The notes under the pieces are model-generated. The model was not told where the DNA came from. It saw only the letters and a list, made by a program, of their open reading frames with translations, and did no database searches. Source: a virus (lineage: Duplodnaviria > Caudoviricetes). Taken from it: a stretch of DNA of 53,627 nt. Below are positions 16,922-27,200 of this stretch, piece after piece. Positions within the stretch are counted from its first letter, which is position 1; every line of letters begins with the position of its first letter. The position numbers and the translations under genes are program-made. Location: IMG/VR virus record IMGVR_UViG_3300012984_000020, positions 1-53,627 of that record; one strand, 5' to 3'.

Positions 16922-18865
16922 ATGCCATTGACCGACGTAAAGCTGCGCCCAGGCATCAACCGCGAAGGCACGTCGTCGGCCGTCGAGGGCACATGGAACG
17001 AGGGCAACAACGTCCGCTTCCGCGGCGGTGCGCCCGAGAAGATCGGCGGCTGGGTGTTCGACCCCTCGCCGCTCGATCCGGCCGCACTGGCGCCGCCGTT
17101 CGGCAAGTTCTGGGGCATCGCGCGGCACCTCTTCAACTGGCTGACGCTGGCGCGCTACAACATGCTGGGCATCGGCACCCACATGAAGTACTACATCCAG
17201 AACGGCCTGGGCGGTGTCTTCTACGACGTGACGCCGATCGCCTCCACGACGCTGGCGGGCGACGTGACTTTCGTGGCAACCAACGGCAGCAACCAGCTGC
17301 ATGTGCTGGATGTGTCGAGCGTCACGAACGTGGGCGACTTCGTGACTTTCAGCGGCGCGGCGGGCCTGGGTGGCAACATCACGGCGGCCGTCCTGAACCG
17401 CGAGTACGTCATCACTGGGCTCGTCGGCCCGAATGAGTACATCGTCACGACGCCGGTGCTGGCGAACGCGCTGGACGTGGGCAACGGCGGCGCAGCCGTG
17501 GTGGGGACTTACCAGCTGCCGATCGGCCTGCCGGTGTTTGTGCCCGGCGTCGGCTGGGGTGCTGGTGGCTGGGGCGGTGTCACCGGCGGCGTGCTGTCGG
17601 GTTGGGGTGCTGCTGCGCCGCTGCCGACGGCGGTGGGCCTGCAGCCGCGGCTGTGGTCGGCCGCTAACTTCGGTGAGCGCCTGCTCGCCAACCCACGCGG
17701 CGGCGGCCTGTACCTGTGGACGCCGAACGTGGACCCCAGCATCGTCGATCGCATGGTGCTGCTGACCGGCGGCGACACGCCCACGAAGCTCAATCAGGTG
17801 CTGGTGTCGGACGCCTCGCGCTTCGTGCTGGCCTTCGGTGCCAACGACTACGGCGCGCTGGAGCAAGACCCGATGCTGGTGCGCTGGTCCGATCAGGAGT
17901 CGTACACCGAGTGGACGCCGTCGGCGACCAATCAGGCCGGCAGCTACCGGCTCAGCCGCGGCTCGGTCATCATCGGCGCCGTGCAGACGCGCCAAGAGGT
18001 GCTGGTGTGGACCGACGCGGCGCTCTACTCGATGCAGTACCAGGGGCCGCCGTTCGTGTGGAGCACGAACATCCTGGCCGACAACATCTCGATCCTCGGC
18101 CCCAACGCCGCGATCGCGGTCAACAACATCACCTACTGGATGGGCGTGGACAAGTTCTACGTCTACAACGGCCGTGTGGACACGCTGCCCTGCTCGCTGC
18201 TGCGCTTCATCTTCAGCGATCTCAGCGAGGCGAACGGCTTCCAAGTGCATGCCGGCCACAACGAGGCGTTCAATGAAATCTGGTGGTTCTACTGCCGTGA
18301 AGGTAGCGACAAGATCGATCGCTTCGTGATCTTCAACTATCTGGAGAACGCGTGGAGCTACGGTGACGTGTCGCGCACCGCGTGGCTCGACAGTCCGCTG
18401 CGCGAGCGGCCGATGTCCACCACGCAGGGCAACCAGCTGGTCTACCACGAGCAGGGCACGGATGACGCGGAAACGCCCACGCCGATCGCTATCCTGGCGC
18501 ACATCAAGTCGGCGCCGGTCGATCTCGACGACGGCCAACGCTTCTCCTTCATCCGGCGCATGCAGCCGGATGTGTCGTTCAACGGCTCGCAGGTCGATGC
18601 GCCGGCGGTGCGCTTCTCGCTGCACGCGCGGGTGGCGCCGGGCGCGCGTTACCGTGGGCTGCAGCAAAAGCCGGTCACGAGCGCGCAGAACTACATGTCC
18701 GGCGGCGGCCCGTCGAAGCAGTTTCTGGTGCAGGAGTTCACGCCGGAAATCTACCCGCGGCTGCGCGGCCAGCAGGTGCAGTTCACGATCGAGTCAGACA
18801 CGCTCGGCGTGGCGTGGCAGCTGGGCATCATGCGCTGGGATGTCCGGCCGGACGGGCGCAAATGA
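16922..18865 (+). CDS. Tail nozzle/stabilisation protein (P22 gp10-like, putative)
   Basis: 647 aa, beta-propeller-like; 'VRFRGGAPEKIGGW', 'VRWSDQE', 'FNEIWWFY', 'DVRPDGRK'. Confidence 0.7.
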   Translation: MPLTDVKLRPGINREGTSSAVEGTWNEGNNVRFRGGAPEKIGGWVFDPSPLDPAALAPPFGKFWGIARHLFNWLTLARYNMLGIGTHMKYYIQNGLGGVFYDVTPIASTTLAGDVTFVATNGSNQLHVLDVSSVTNVGDFVTFSGAAGLGGNITAAVLNREYVITGLVGPNEYIVTTPVLANALDVGNGGAAVVGTYQLPIGLPVFVPGVGWGAGGWGGVTGGVLSGWGAAAPLPTAVGLQPRLWSAANFGERLLANPRGGGLYLWTPNVDPSIVDRMVLLTGGDTPTKLNQVLVSDASRFVLAFGANDYGALEQDPMLVRWSDQESYTEWTPSATNQAGSYRLSRGSVIIGAVQTRQEVLVWTDAALYSMQYQGPPFVWSTNILADNISILGPNAAIAVNNITYWMGVDKFYVYNGRVDTLPCSLLRFIFSDLSEANGFQVHAGHNEAFNEIWWFYCREGSDKIDRFVIFNYLENAWSYGDVSRTAWLDSPLRERPMSTTQGNQLVYHEQGTDDAETPTPIAILAHIKSAPVDLDDGQRFSFIRRMQPDVSFNGSQVDAPAVRFSLHARVAPGARYRGLQQKPVTSAQNYMSGGGPSKQFLVQEFTPEIYPRLRGQQVQFTIESDTLGVAWQLGIMRWDVRPDGRK

Positions 18866-19533
18866 GCTTCCTGCGCAACCCCACTCCGCCGCGGCTGCCG
18901 GACCCGGAGAACGACATCAGCCCACGCGCGTGGGCTGCGTTGTTGCAGGCCCTGCGCCTGTATTTCGAGCAGCTGAACAACTTCACCCAGGCGCTGCTGG
19001 GCCGCAACGGCGGGCAGTTCTTGGAGGTGCCGACGGCGACCTTCTACGCGGACGTGGATCAGGTGCTGGCCGCGGCCACGCCGACGGCGGTATCCGTGCC
19101 TTTGATGCTGAACATGCAGGGCTTCACGCACCCCACGGCGTCGAAGATTCAGGCCGACCTCTCGGGCACCTACAGCATCCGCGGCACGCTCAGCGTGCGC
19201 AGCGCCGATGCAGCGCCGCAGTCGTTCAAGGTCTGGTATCGCAAGAATCTACTCGATCGGCCGCTGTCCACCATCGAGGTGACGGTGCCGGCCGGCGGCA
19301 CGATGACGGTGCCGGTGCACTATCTCGGCGACCTTTTGCCGACGGATACCTTCGAGATAATGGTCAGCAGCGCCTCGGCCAACGTCCGGCTGTACGCCCC
19401 GCCGCTCGCCGGCTTGGTGCCGCGCGGCGCGGCCGCCCGCATCGATGTCGTGTTCGAGTCCAACGACAGCACGGCCGGCGTCACGTCGGCGTTGTTCCGT
19501 ACCAAGAAGCTCGTCGTCGAGCCTGCCCCATAG
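18862..19533 (+). CDS. Tail protein (putative)
   Basis: ATGA overlap; 'PPRLP...LRLYFEQL' then a C1q/TNF-like beta region. Confidence 0.55.
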   Translation: MSFLRNPTPPRLPDPENDISPRAWAALLQALRLYFEQLNNFTQALLGRNGGQFLEVPTATFYADVDQVLAAATPTAVSVPLMLNMQGFTHPTASKIQADLSGTYSIRGTLSVRSADAAPQSFKVWYRKNLLDRPLSTIEVTVPAGGTMTVPVHYLGDLLPTDTFEIMVSSASANVRLYAPPLAGLVPRGAAARIDVVFESNDSTAGVTSALFRTKKLVVEPAP

Positions 19534-19542
19534 GAGCCCAAT

Positions 19543-21573
19543 ATGAGCCTTCAACATCTCGCGCAGCGCGTGCGCGCACAGGGCCGCCACGGCGACACCG
19601 AGCTTGTCCATATGGCACCCAGCGAGGTGGCCGGGCTGCACAAGCTCGCGCGGGCGATGGGTGAGTGCGGCCTGTCTGTGAATCCCGAGACCGGGCTGCA
19701 CGAGGCGTTCAGCCTCAAGAGCCTGCTGCCCAGCATCGTCGGCGCAGCGGTGAACTACTTCGTGCCCGGCGCAGGCGCGCTCGGTGGTGCGCTGGCTGGC
19801 GCTGCCGTTGGCGGGTATCAGGCGCGCAAGGGCGGCGGCGAGAACACGCTGGCTGGGATGATCTCGGGCGGCATGGGTGGCTATGGCGCGGCGCAGTTGG
19901 CGCAGGGTTTTGGCGCGGCCGCGCAGCAGGGGCTGACGGGCGCGGCGAAACAAGCCCTTGGCGAGATGCCCGAGCCACTGAGTGAAGCGGCGAAACAGCA
20001 GACAGCGCAGGCCATTCAGGACCGGACTGCGCAGCTGGCGCAGCAGGCCAGCTTCCTCGACAAAGCCAAGGCGGGCATCAGCGCGCTGATGACACCCGAG
20101 GGGCGTGAGGCAGCGAACAAGGCTGCGGGCGGCAACCCGTTGCAGTCGCTTGGCCGTGCGGCCCTGCCGCTGGGGATGGTCGATCCGGTGGATCAGCAGG
20201 CGCAAGCGGCCGCGCATCGCCCGGGAGGCAACTACACGTCGCCATACGCTGGCAAGCAGGGCAAATGGGTCTACGACAAGGATGTGCTGCGCTGGATTCC
20301 GGGCTCGGCCGAGGGAGGTGTCGTGGGCTATGACGCGGGCGGCCCGATAAACGGCGAGAACGTCACTGACGAGGGCGTCTGGAACTTCCTGTTTGCAGGT
20401 GGCGAAGACCCGCGTGTGCAGACTCGCCAGCAGAAGCTGGAACCGCGTGCGCGGGCACCGGTGTCGGCCCCGGGCGAAGGCGGCGCACCGGGTGGTCTGG
20501 GCGGGCCGTCAGGTAACTCTGGTGGCACGGGCGGCTTCGGCGGCATGGGCGGCGCCAGCATGAGTGGCGACTATGCGGCTTGGAACCCAGGTACTACGGG
20601 CGGCGCTGTTGGTGACATCGGCCAGGGCGCGGGCTCGGTCTCAGGTGATGCGGGCTTGTCTGCCGACACGATCGAGAATATTGGCAGCGGCATCGGGCTG
20701 GTGGCAGGCATCCCCGGCGTTGGCACGATCCTCGACAAGACGGGCGCGGCGCAGGCGGCTTCGGACTATCTGGCTGGGCTGGCAGGACAGAGCAACCGTG
20801 ACAGCGTGGCAGCGGTCAGTCCCGACCCAGGCGCGAGCGTGAACCCGATCGACAAGTGGGCGTCCGAGGCATCGCGGGTGGACAACGCGCCATTGCGGGG
20901 TGAAGTGCAGGGCACGACGGCTGCCGACACCGGCGCTTGGGGCACCAACGGCGGCGCTGCAGCTGCAGCTGGCGCCCAGGCTGCAGCGGACGCGCTAGCG
21001 AACGGGGCATCGGATGCCGAGGCCGCTGCGATTGGACAGGCGATGGCGGATGCAGTCATTGGTAGCGGCGCCGGGAATGCCGAGGAGCCGCAGGTGTCGG
21101 AAGCACCGCAGCCGGACTACAGCCAGCTGACGTTCGATCGTACCGAGTTGGGCTACGGCTTCGGCCCGGACATGACGGGCACGAGTCGGAAGAACGCCAG
21201 CTACGAGGACGGCGGCGTCGTGGCGCTGCAGTCCGGCGGCTTCGTCTTCCCGGCCGACGTGGTGTCGGCGCTGGGCGCTGGCAGCAGCGGTGCGGGCTTG
21301 AAGGTGCTGTTTGACCGCTTCGGCGCGCAGCCGGTGGACGGCGAAGGCCACGGCCAGAGTGATGACGTGGAAGCTACGATCGACGGCCAGCAGCCGGCGC
21401 GGGTCGCGCGCGACGAGGCCGTGCTCAGTGCCGAGCAAGTGGCGAAGATCGGTGGCGGCGATCCGAAGAAGGGCGCCAAGAAGCTGTACGACATGATGAC
21501 GAAGGTGCGCAAGCAGGCCACCGGCTCGCCCAAGCAAATGCGCGTCGTCAACACAAACAAGGTGCTGTCATGA
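19543..21573 (+). CDS. Internal virion (ejection) protein, putative
   Basis: 'GRHGDTELVH...NPETGL.EAF', glycine-zipper segment, Gly/Ala-rich core, C-terminal 'GGFVFPADVVS...GQSDD' domain. Confidence 0.65.
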   Translation: MSLQHLAQRVRAQGRHGDTELVHMAPSEVAGLHKLARAMGECGLSVNPETGLHEAFSLKSLLPSIVGAAVNYFVPGAGALGGALAGAAVGGYQARKGGGENTLAGMISGGMGGYGAAQLAQGFGAAAQQGLTGAAKQALGEMPEPLSEAAKQQTAQAIQDRTAQLAQQASFLDKAKAGISALMTPEGREAANKAAGGNPLQSLGRAALPLGMVDPVDQQAQAAAHRPGGNYTSPYAGKQGKWVYDKDVLRWIPGSAEGGVVGYDAGGPINGENVTDEGVWNFLFAGGEDPRVQTRQQKLEPRARAPVSAPGEGGAPGGLGGPSGNSGGTGGFGGMGGASMSGDYAAWNPGTTGGAVGDIGQGAGSVSGDAGLSADTIENIGSGIGLVAGIPGVGTILDKTGAAQAASDYLAGLAGQSNRDSVAAVSPDPGASVNPIDKWASEASRVDNAPLRGEVQGTTAADTGAWGTNGGAAAAAGAQAAADALANGASDAEAAAIGQAMADAVIGSGAGNAEEPQVSEAPQPDYSQLTFDRTELGYGFGPDMTGTSRKNASYEDGGVVALQSGGFVFPADVVSALGAGSSGAGLKVLFDRFGAQPVDGEGHGQSDDVEATIDGQQPARVARDEAVLSAEQVAKIGGGDPKKGAKKLYDMMTKVRKQATGSPKQMRVVNTNKVLS

Positions 21574-24209
21574 ACTCTGCACTCCGCTTGAAGCTCAAGA
21601 AGCCCGTCATGCGTTACGCCGCTGGCGGCACGCCGAAGAAGCCCGGCTATGCCGACGGCGGCACCACGACCTACAGCACGAACATCCCCGAAGCGGCGAT
21701 GCCGGCGTATTCGGACTTGATCGCCAATGCCGGCCAGCTGACTGACCCGAACAACCCGAACGCGGCCTATCAGCCGTACCAGGGCGACCGGCAAGCGACA
21801 TCCACGCCGCTGCAAAACCAGAGCTACGCCGGTGTGGCTGGTATGCAGACGAACCCGTACTCGCAACAGGCTGGTGGCCTCGCGGGGTTGTACGCGGGTC
21901 AGGCGGGCAATTTGAGCTACGGCCCCAACTCGTTCAGCACCTACGGCAGCGGCCCGCAGCAGGTCTCGGCTGGCGCTGGCCCGCAGCAGACGAGCACCAC
22001 GTCGTTCACGCAGCCCGGCACGGCCGGCGCCTACATGAACCCGTACATGCAGGCCGTGGTGGACACGCAGAAGCGCGAGGCTGTCCGCTCGGACGATGTC
22101 GCGCGCACGGGCCGGCAGGCCCAGGCCGTCGGCGCCGGCGCGTACGGCGGCAGCCGGCAGGCCATCATGGAGTCCGAGGCGAACCGGAACCTGCAGACGC
22201 GGCTGGGCGACATCCAGACGGCGGGCTCGGATGCGGCCTACAAGCAGGCGCAGGCGCAGTTCAACACCGAGCAGGGCCTGGGCCTGCAGTCGCAGCTGGG
22301 CAACCAGCAGGCGGCGCTGACCTACGGGGGCCAGCAGCTGCAGGCCGGGCTGGGCAACCAGAACGCAGGGCTGCAGTTCGGCAACCAATACCTCGACGCG
22401 CAGCGCCTGGGCGAAGCGTCCAAGCAGTTCGGCGCGACCTACGGGCTGCAGGGCCTGCAGACGGGCATCCAGGGCGCGACAGCGCAGGGCAACCTGGGCC
22501 AGAACCTGTTCAACCAGCAGAGCGACATCTACGGCCTGCAGAACACCGCCGGCACGCAGCAGCAACAGCAGGTGCAGTCGGGGCTCGATCAGAAGTATCA
22601 GGAGTACCTGAACCAGCGGAACTATCCGTATCAGCAGCTGGGCTTCATGTCCGACATCCTGCGCGGCACGCAAGGCACGACGAGCAGCGTCTACAAGCAA
22701 GAGGCGCAGCCGTCGAACCTGCAGAACATCATCGGCCTCGGCACGGCCCTGGCCGGCATCGGCAAGGCCAAGGGCGGTTCGATCGAGGGCGGGCTGGCGT
22801 CGATCGCGCCGGCCAGCGTGGGCGACTTCGCTGATGGTGGCATCGTGGGCTTCGCGGAAGGGACCGACAAGTACGGCGTGCCGTACAGCGGTGAGGCAGC
22901 AAGCGCCGATGCGCAGACAGCTGCAGATCGCGCAATGTTCGGTCGCTGGTGGACTGGCGCCAAAGATGCAGGCGAACGCACCGCGGCGGCCGCTGCTGAT
23001 CTTGCGACGATGGTGCCGCGCGGGCTCGCGGGTGCATACGACACGGCGGTTGTGCGGCCGATGCGGGCGGCTGGGCTGCCGGCTGCCTATCTCAGCGGAC
23101 ACCTGACACCGAAAGGGGCCAGCACGCTCTCCATGACGCCGTACTACGACCTCATCCGCGAGCGCGATCCACAGGAGCCGGACGCAGCACCAGCTGCAGC
23201 GCCGGCCAAGCCCGGTGAGACGGAACTGTCGGCGATCGAGAAGAAGCCGCCGGAAGAGGATCAGTACGGTCTGGGTAAGCTGTTCGCACGGCTGGGCAGC
23301 AGCGCAGCCGTGTCCGCCGGCCCGGCGCCGACGATGGCCGGCATGCGCAAGGACATGGACACCGCGGGCTACGACCCGGCCGCTTACGAACTGCAGGCCA
23401 CTGGCGCCTCGAACAAGCTGGCCGACGTGCAGCGCGCCAGCGCGCAGAAGTACGAGCAGAACCTGCAGGAACTGCACGCCTCGCTGGGCGAGCTTGGTGC
23501 TGGCCGCGAGGCGTCGATCAACCGCCAGAAGGGCGAGATGGCCGGGCGCGAGACCGACCTGAAGAACAACGCGCTGCTGAAGGCGGGCTTGTCGATCCTG
23601 GCCGCGCCCCCGGGCGGCGGTGCCTTCGCGGCGATCGCGCGCGGCGCGCTGCCGGTGCTGGAGCAGTATGGCGTCGATGTGGACAAGCTGCGCAAGGAGA
23701 AGTACGACCTCGACGAGAAGATGGACTTGCTGCAGGAGGCACGCCGGGCCGAGAAGGGCCTGCGCGGCAAGGAACTGTTGGAAGCGCGGAAGGCCACCAG
23801 CGCGATCGAGGAGGCCGCCCAGCAGCGCCTGTACGGCATCAGCACCACGCTCGGCGCCGAGAAGTACATGAACAAGCCCAAGGAACTGTTCAACGCCTAC
23901 ACCAAGGCGTTCGACAGCTGGCAGAACCGCGACGTGCAGGCGCGGCTCGGTAGCTCCAGCAACAGCATGCGGCTGGGCCTCGCGCAGATCGCGGCTGGTG
24001 GTGTGGGTGGCGGCGGCAAGCCGATGACGGCTGCGCAGCGTGTGACGGCGGTGAACGCTGCAGCGGATGACATCCGCAAAGCCTACCCGACGATGGCGAA
24101 GGACGAGGTGCTGCGGCAGGCTGCCGACTTCGTCGAGCGCTACCAGCGCCCCGGCGCCACGACGCCGGCAGCCCGCGCGGGCTTTAGCATGAGCATGACC
24201 GAAGACTAG
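21570..24209 (+). CDS. Internal virion (DNA ejection/pilot) protein, putative
   Basis: 'YMNPYMQAVVD', 'GAYGGSRQAI', Gln/Gly-rich; four AxGG motifs. Confidence 0.7.
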   Translation: MNSALRLKLKKPVMRYAAGGTPKKPGYADGGTTTYSTNIPEAAMPAYSDLIANAGQLTDPNNPNAAYQPYQGDRQATSTPLQNQSYAGVAGMQTNPYSQQAGGLAGLYAGQAGNLSYGPNSFSTYGSGPQQVSAGAGPQQTSTTSFTQPGTAGAYMNPYMQAVVDTQKREAVRSDDVARTGRQAQAVGAGAYGGSRQAIMESEANRNLQTRLGDIQTAGSDAAYKQAQAQFNTEQGLGLQSQLGNQQAALTYGGQQLQAGLGNQNAGLQFGNQYLDAQRLGEASKQFGATYGLQGLQTGIQGATAQGNLGQNLFNQQSDIYGLQNTAGTQQQQQVQSGLDQKYQEYLNQRNYPYQQLGFMSDILRGTQGTTSSVYKQEAQPSNLQNIIGLGTALAGIGKAKGGSIEGGLASIAPASVGDFADGGIVGFAEGTDKYGVPYSGEAASADAQTAADRAMFGRWWTGAKDAGERTAAAAADLATMVPRGLAGAYDTAVVRPMRAAGLPAAYLSGHLTPKGASTLSMTPYYDLIRERDPQEPDAAPAAAPAKPGETELSAIEKKPPEEDQYGLGKLFARLGSSAAVSAGPAPTMAGMRKDMDTAGYDPAAYELQATGASNKLADVQRASAQKYEQNLQELHASLGELGAGREASINRQKGEMAGRETDLKNNALLKAGLSILAAPPGGGAFAAIARGALPVLEQYGVDVDKLRKEKYDLDEKMDLLQEARRAEKGLRGKELLEARKATSAIEEAAQQRLYGISTTLGAEKYMNKPKELFNAYTKAFDSWQNRDVQARLGSSSNSMRLGLAQIAAGGVGGGGKPMTAAQRVTAVNAAADDIRKAYPTMAKDEVLRQAADFVERYQRPGATTPAARAGFSMSMTED

Positions 24210-24218
24210 GAACCCGCT

Positions 24219-27200
24219 ATGCCCACCTATCACCTGACGGCGCCGAACGGTCGCACGTACCGGATGCAAGGCCCGCCAGGGCTGTCGCAGGACGACGTGA
24301 TCGATCACGTCCTGAAGCTGGACCCGGAAGCCGGCAAGGCCCCGCCAGCGCCCAAGACGGGCCTGGGTGCGGCGTTCCAGTCCGGCGCCGAGAACATGTG
24401 GTCGTCGGGCAAGGCAGCGGTCAAGGGTCTGTTCGGCGACACGCAGGAGGCTGCTGCCGAGGCGCTTGCTGCAGAAAAACTGCAGCAACAGAAGTATGAC
24501 CCCCAGATCGGGCTGGAGCGGCTGGGCAAGGTCTACGACGAGAAGGGCCTGCTGGCCGCCGGTTCCGAGTTGATCGGACAGGCCGGGCGCGGCATCGCCC
24601 AGTCGTTGCCCGAGATGGGCGGCATGGCCGCTGGCGCGCGGCTGGGTGCGATGGCAGGTAGCGCGATTGCTCCAGGCGTCGGCACGGTCATCGGTGGTAT
24701 CGGCGGCGGCATCCTGGGCGGCCTGCTTCCACAGACCGGCCGGAACCTCGCCACGCAGCAGGAGGCCACCCCCGGGCAGGTGAGCTACGGCAAGGCCGCG
24801 GCTGCCGGCACCGCCCAGGCCGCGCTGGAAGAAGTGGCACCGATGCTGCTCATGGGCAAACGTGTCGCCGGAAAGCTGTTCGGCGATGACATCGCGCAGG
24901 TGATCGGCAAGCTCGGTCCCGAGGCGGCGGAGAAGGTGGCCGCCCGGCGCCTGTCAACGACGGTCGCGCGCGGCGCGGCGGAGGGTGCTGCTGGCGAGGC
25001 CACCACGGAGGTGATGCAGCAGGCCCTGGAGCGGCTGCAGGCGGGCCAGCCCCTGCTGGACAGCGAGGCGCTGAAAGCCTACGGCGAGGCCGCCTACGGT
25101 GGCGCGATCGCTGGCGCACCGCTGAGCGGCGCCGGCCAAGCGTGGGATCGCGCTGGTGCGCAGCGGCAGGTGGCGGACACCGAGCAGGCCGCCCAGCAGG
25201 CCCAGGCCGCCCAGCAGGCCCAGGCCCAGACGGCGGCCGAGCAGGCAGCTGCGCAGGCCGAGGAAGAGCGCCGCGCGCGGCCGGAGTATGCCGCCAAGGT
25301 GGCCGAGGACTATGCCGCCTACGAGCAGCAGAAGAAGGCACTGCTGGCCCAGCGCAAGGCGCTGCTGGCCGAGAAGACCGACGCCGGCTATGCCGCGGCG
25401 AAGGATGTCGAGGCGGCCCTGCGCGAGCACGTCGCACAAGGCAAGCCGCTGCTGGCCGAGTTCAATGCCGCGTTCACGACGCCAGAAGCGCGGGCAGCAG
25501 CGCTTGCGGGTCCGGCGGCTGTGGTCGCGCCGCCCGGTGCACCGGAGGGCATGCTGTTCCAGCCCGAGGGCAACCCGCAGCAGGGCCAGCGCATTCAGGA
25601 ACTGCAGGCGCAGATCGCCGAGTACGAAGACACGTTGCCGAAGGAAGAGGCGCTGGCGCAGGAGATGATGCGCCAGGACAAGCTCGACCAAGCGCTTGCG
25701 GCCGGCGAGACTTTGGCTGCTCGCGCGAAAGCACATAAGGAAGCTCAGAAGGAGCTGTACAAGCTCGCGCCTGCGCTGAAGGCGGATGCCAAGACGGCTG
25801 CCGCCGCCGCTGCCACCGCTGATGCCGAGGCCCAGACACTGCAGGCGCTCAACACGGAGCAGACGCAGGGGCAGATCACGGCGCTGACATCGCAGATAGC
25901 CAAGCTGATGAAGAGCGCCAACACCAAGCAGTTGCCGAAGGTAGCGGAGGCGAAGGCCGAGATCGAGCGCCTGCAGGGGCTGCTGGACGCGCAGGCACAG
26001 CAGCGGAACGCCGGCTATGACGAGAACCTGTTCCAGCTGGATGAGCGCCTGCAGGGTGAAGAGAAGCAGCTGGAGGGCGAGTGGAACGCCGCTGCTGATG
26101 CGCACGATCGCGGCAAGCGCGTGCAGGCCGTCGCGGATCGCCGGCTGGAGAAGCACGCCGACGCCTTCTCGGCCGATCTGGCTGCCGAAGACGAGGCGGC
26201 CGATCGCGCCGCGGCGGCCCAGGCCACCGAGCAGGGCTTCGCCAACATGTTCGCCACTAAGGAGCGCTCGGGCATGCTCGACGCGCTGGCGAAGGACACC
26301 AGCGAAGACGCCCGGCTGTTGCGTGCGATGGGCAAGCCGCTGCGTGGCGAAGGTGGTGCGATCGTCGAGTCGCTGGCGAACCTGCCGGCCGACAAGCGCC
26401 CCGATGCTGCACGGGCGCTGCAGTCCCACGCCAAGGAGGTCGTGAAGGCGTTGCACGCCGATCTGGCCCAGGCCCGCAAGACGGGCGACACCGAGCGTGC
26501 GCAGGGCTTCATCGAGGCGATCCGCTCAGTGGCGGCGATGCAGAAGGAGACGCAGGGCCGCGCGCACTACATGGCCGACTTCTACAACCTCACGGCGCCG
26601 TTGGTGAAGGGTGTCGTGCGCGGTGCGCAAGATGTGGTCGGCACGCCGGCACCCGAGGCCGGCACCGAGTCAGCACGTCGGGCCAGCGCCGGCCACCACT
26701 ATCAGGTGATGCAGGACTTGGAGAAGCGCTATGCCGGCGTGAAGGGCCTGCGCGAGACCACAGCGATGCAGCAGGTGGCTGATGAAGGCACGGAGGTGCA
26801 CGAGCCGCTGCCCGAGGAAGGACTGAGCAAGGAGACGATGCCTGTGGCGCCGGCTGCCGAGCAAGGCAATGTCGCGCGCGCCGACGAGCAGGGCCAGGGC
26901 CGGCTGTTCATCCCCGAGGCAGGGCCAGCACCGACGGCGGACACACCGCGGCAACTGCTGCGCCAGCGCGTCGATAAGCTGCTGGCAATGCCGGGGCTGA
27001 CCGGACACGCCCGCGTGCGTCTGAAGCAGGCCGCCGACATCCTGGGCAGCGCCGCGCCACACGCAGCGGACATCGCGCAACCCCGTCCGAAGGGCATCCA
27101 CAAGGATGTGGTGATGGCCCCGAAGACCGTGTCGAAGGCCCAGCTGGCGCAGATCACGAACATGGTCGAGCAGGCCGAGAAGGGCGGCGGGCGCCCCGGC

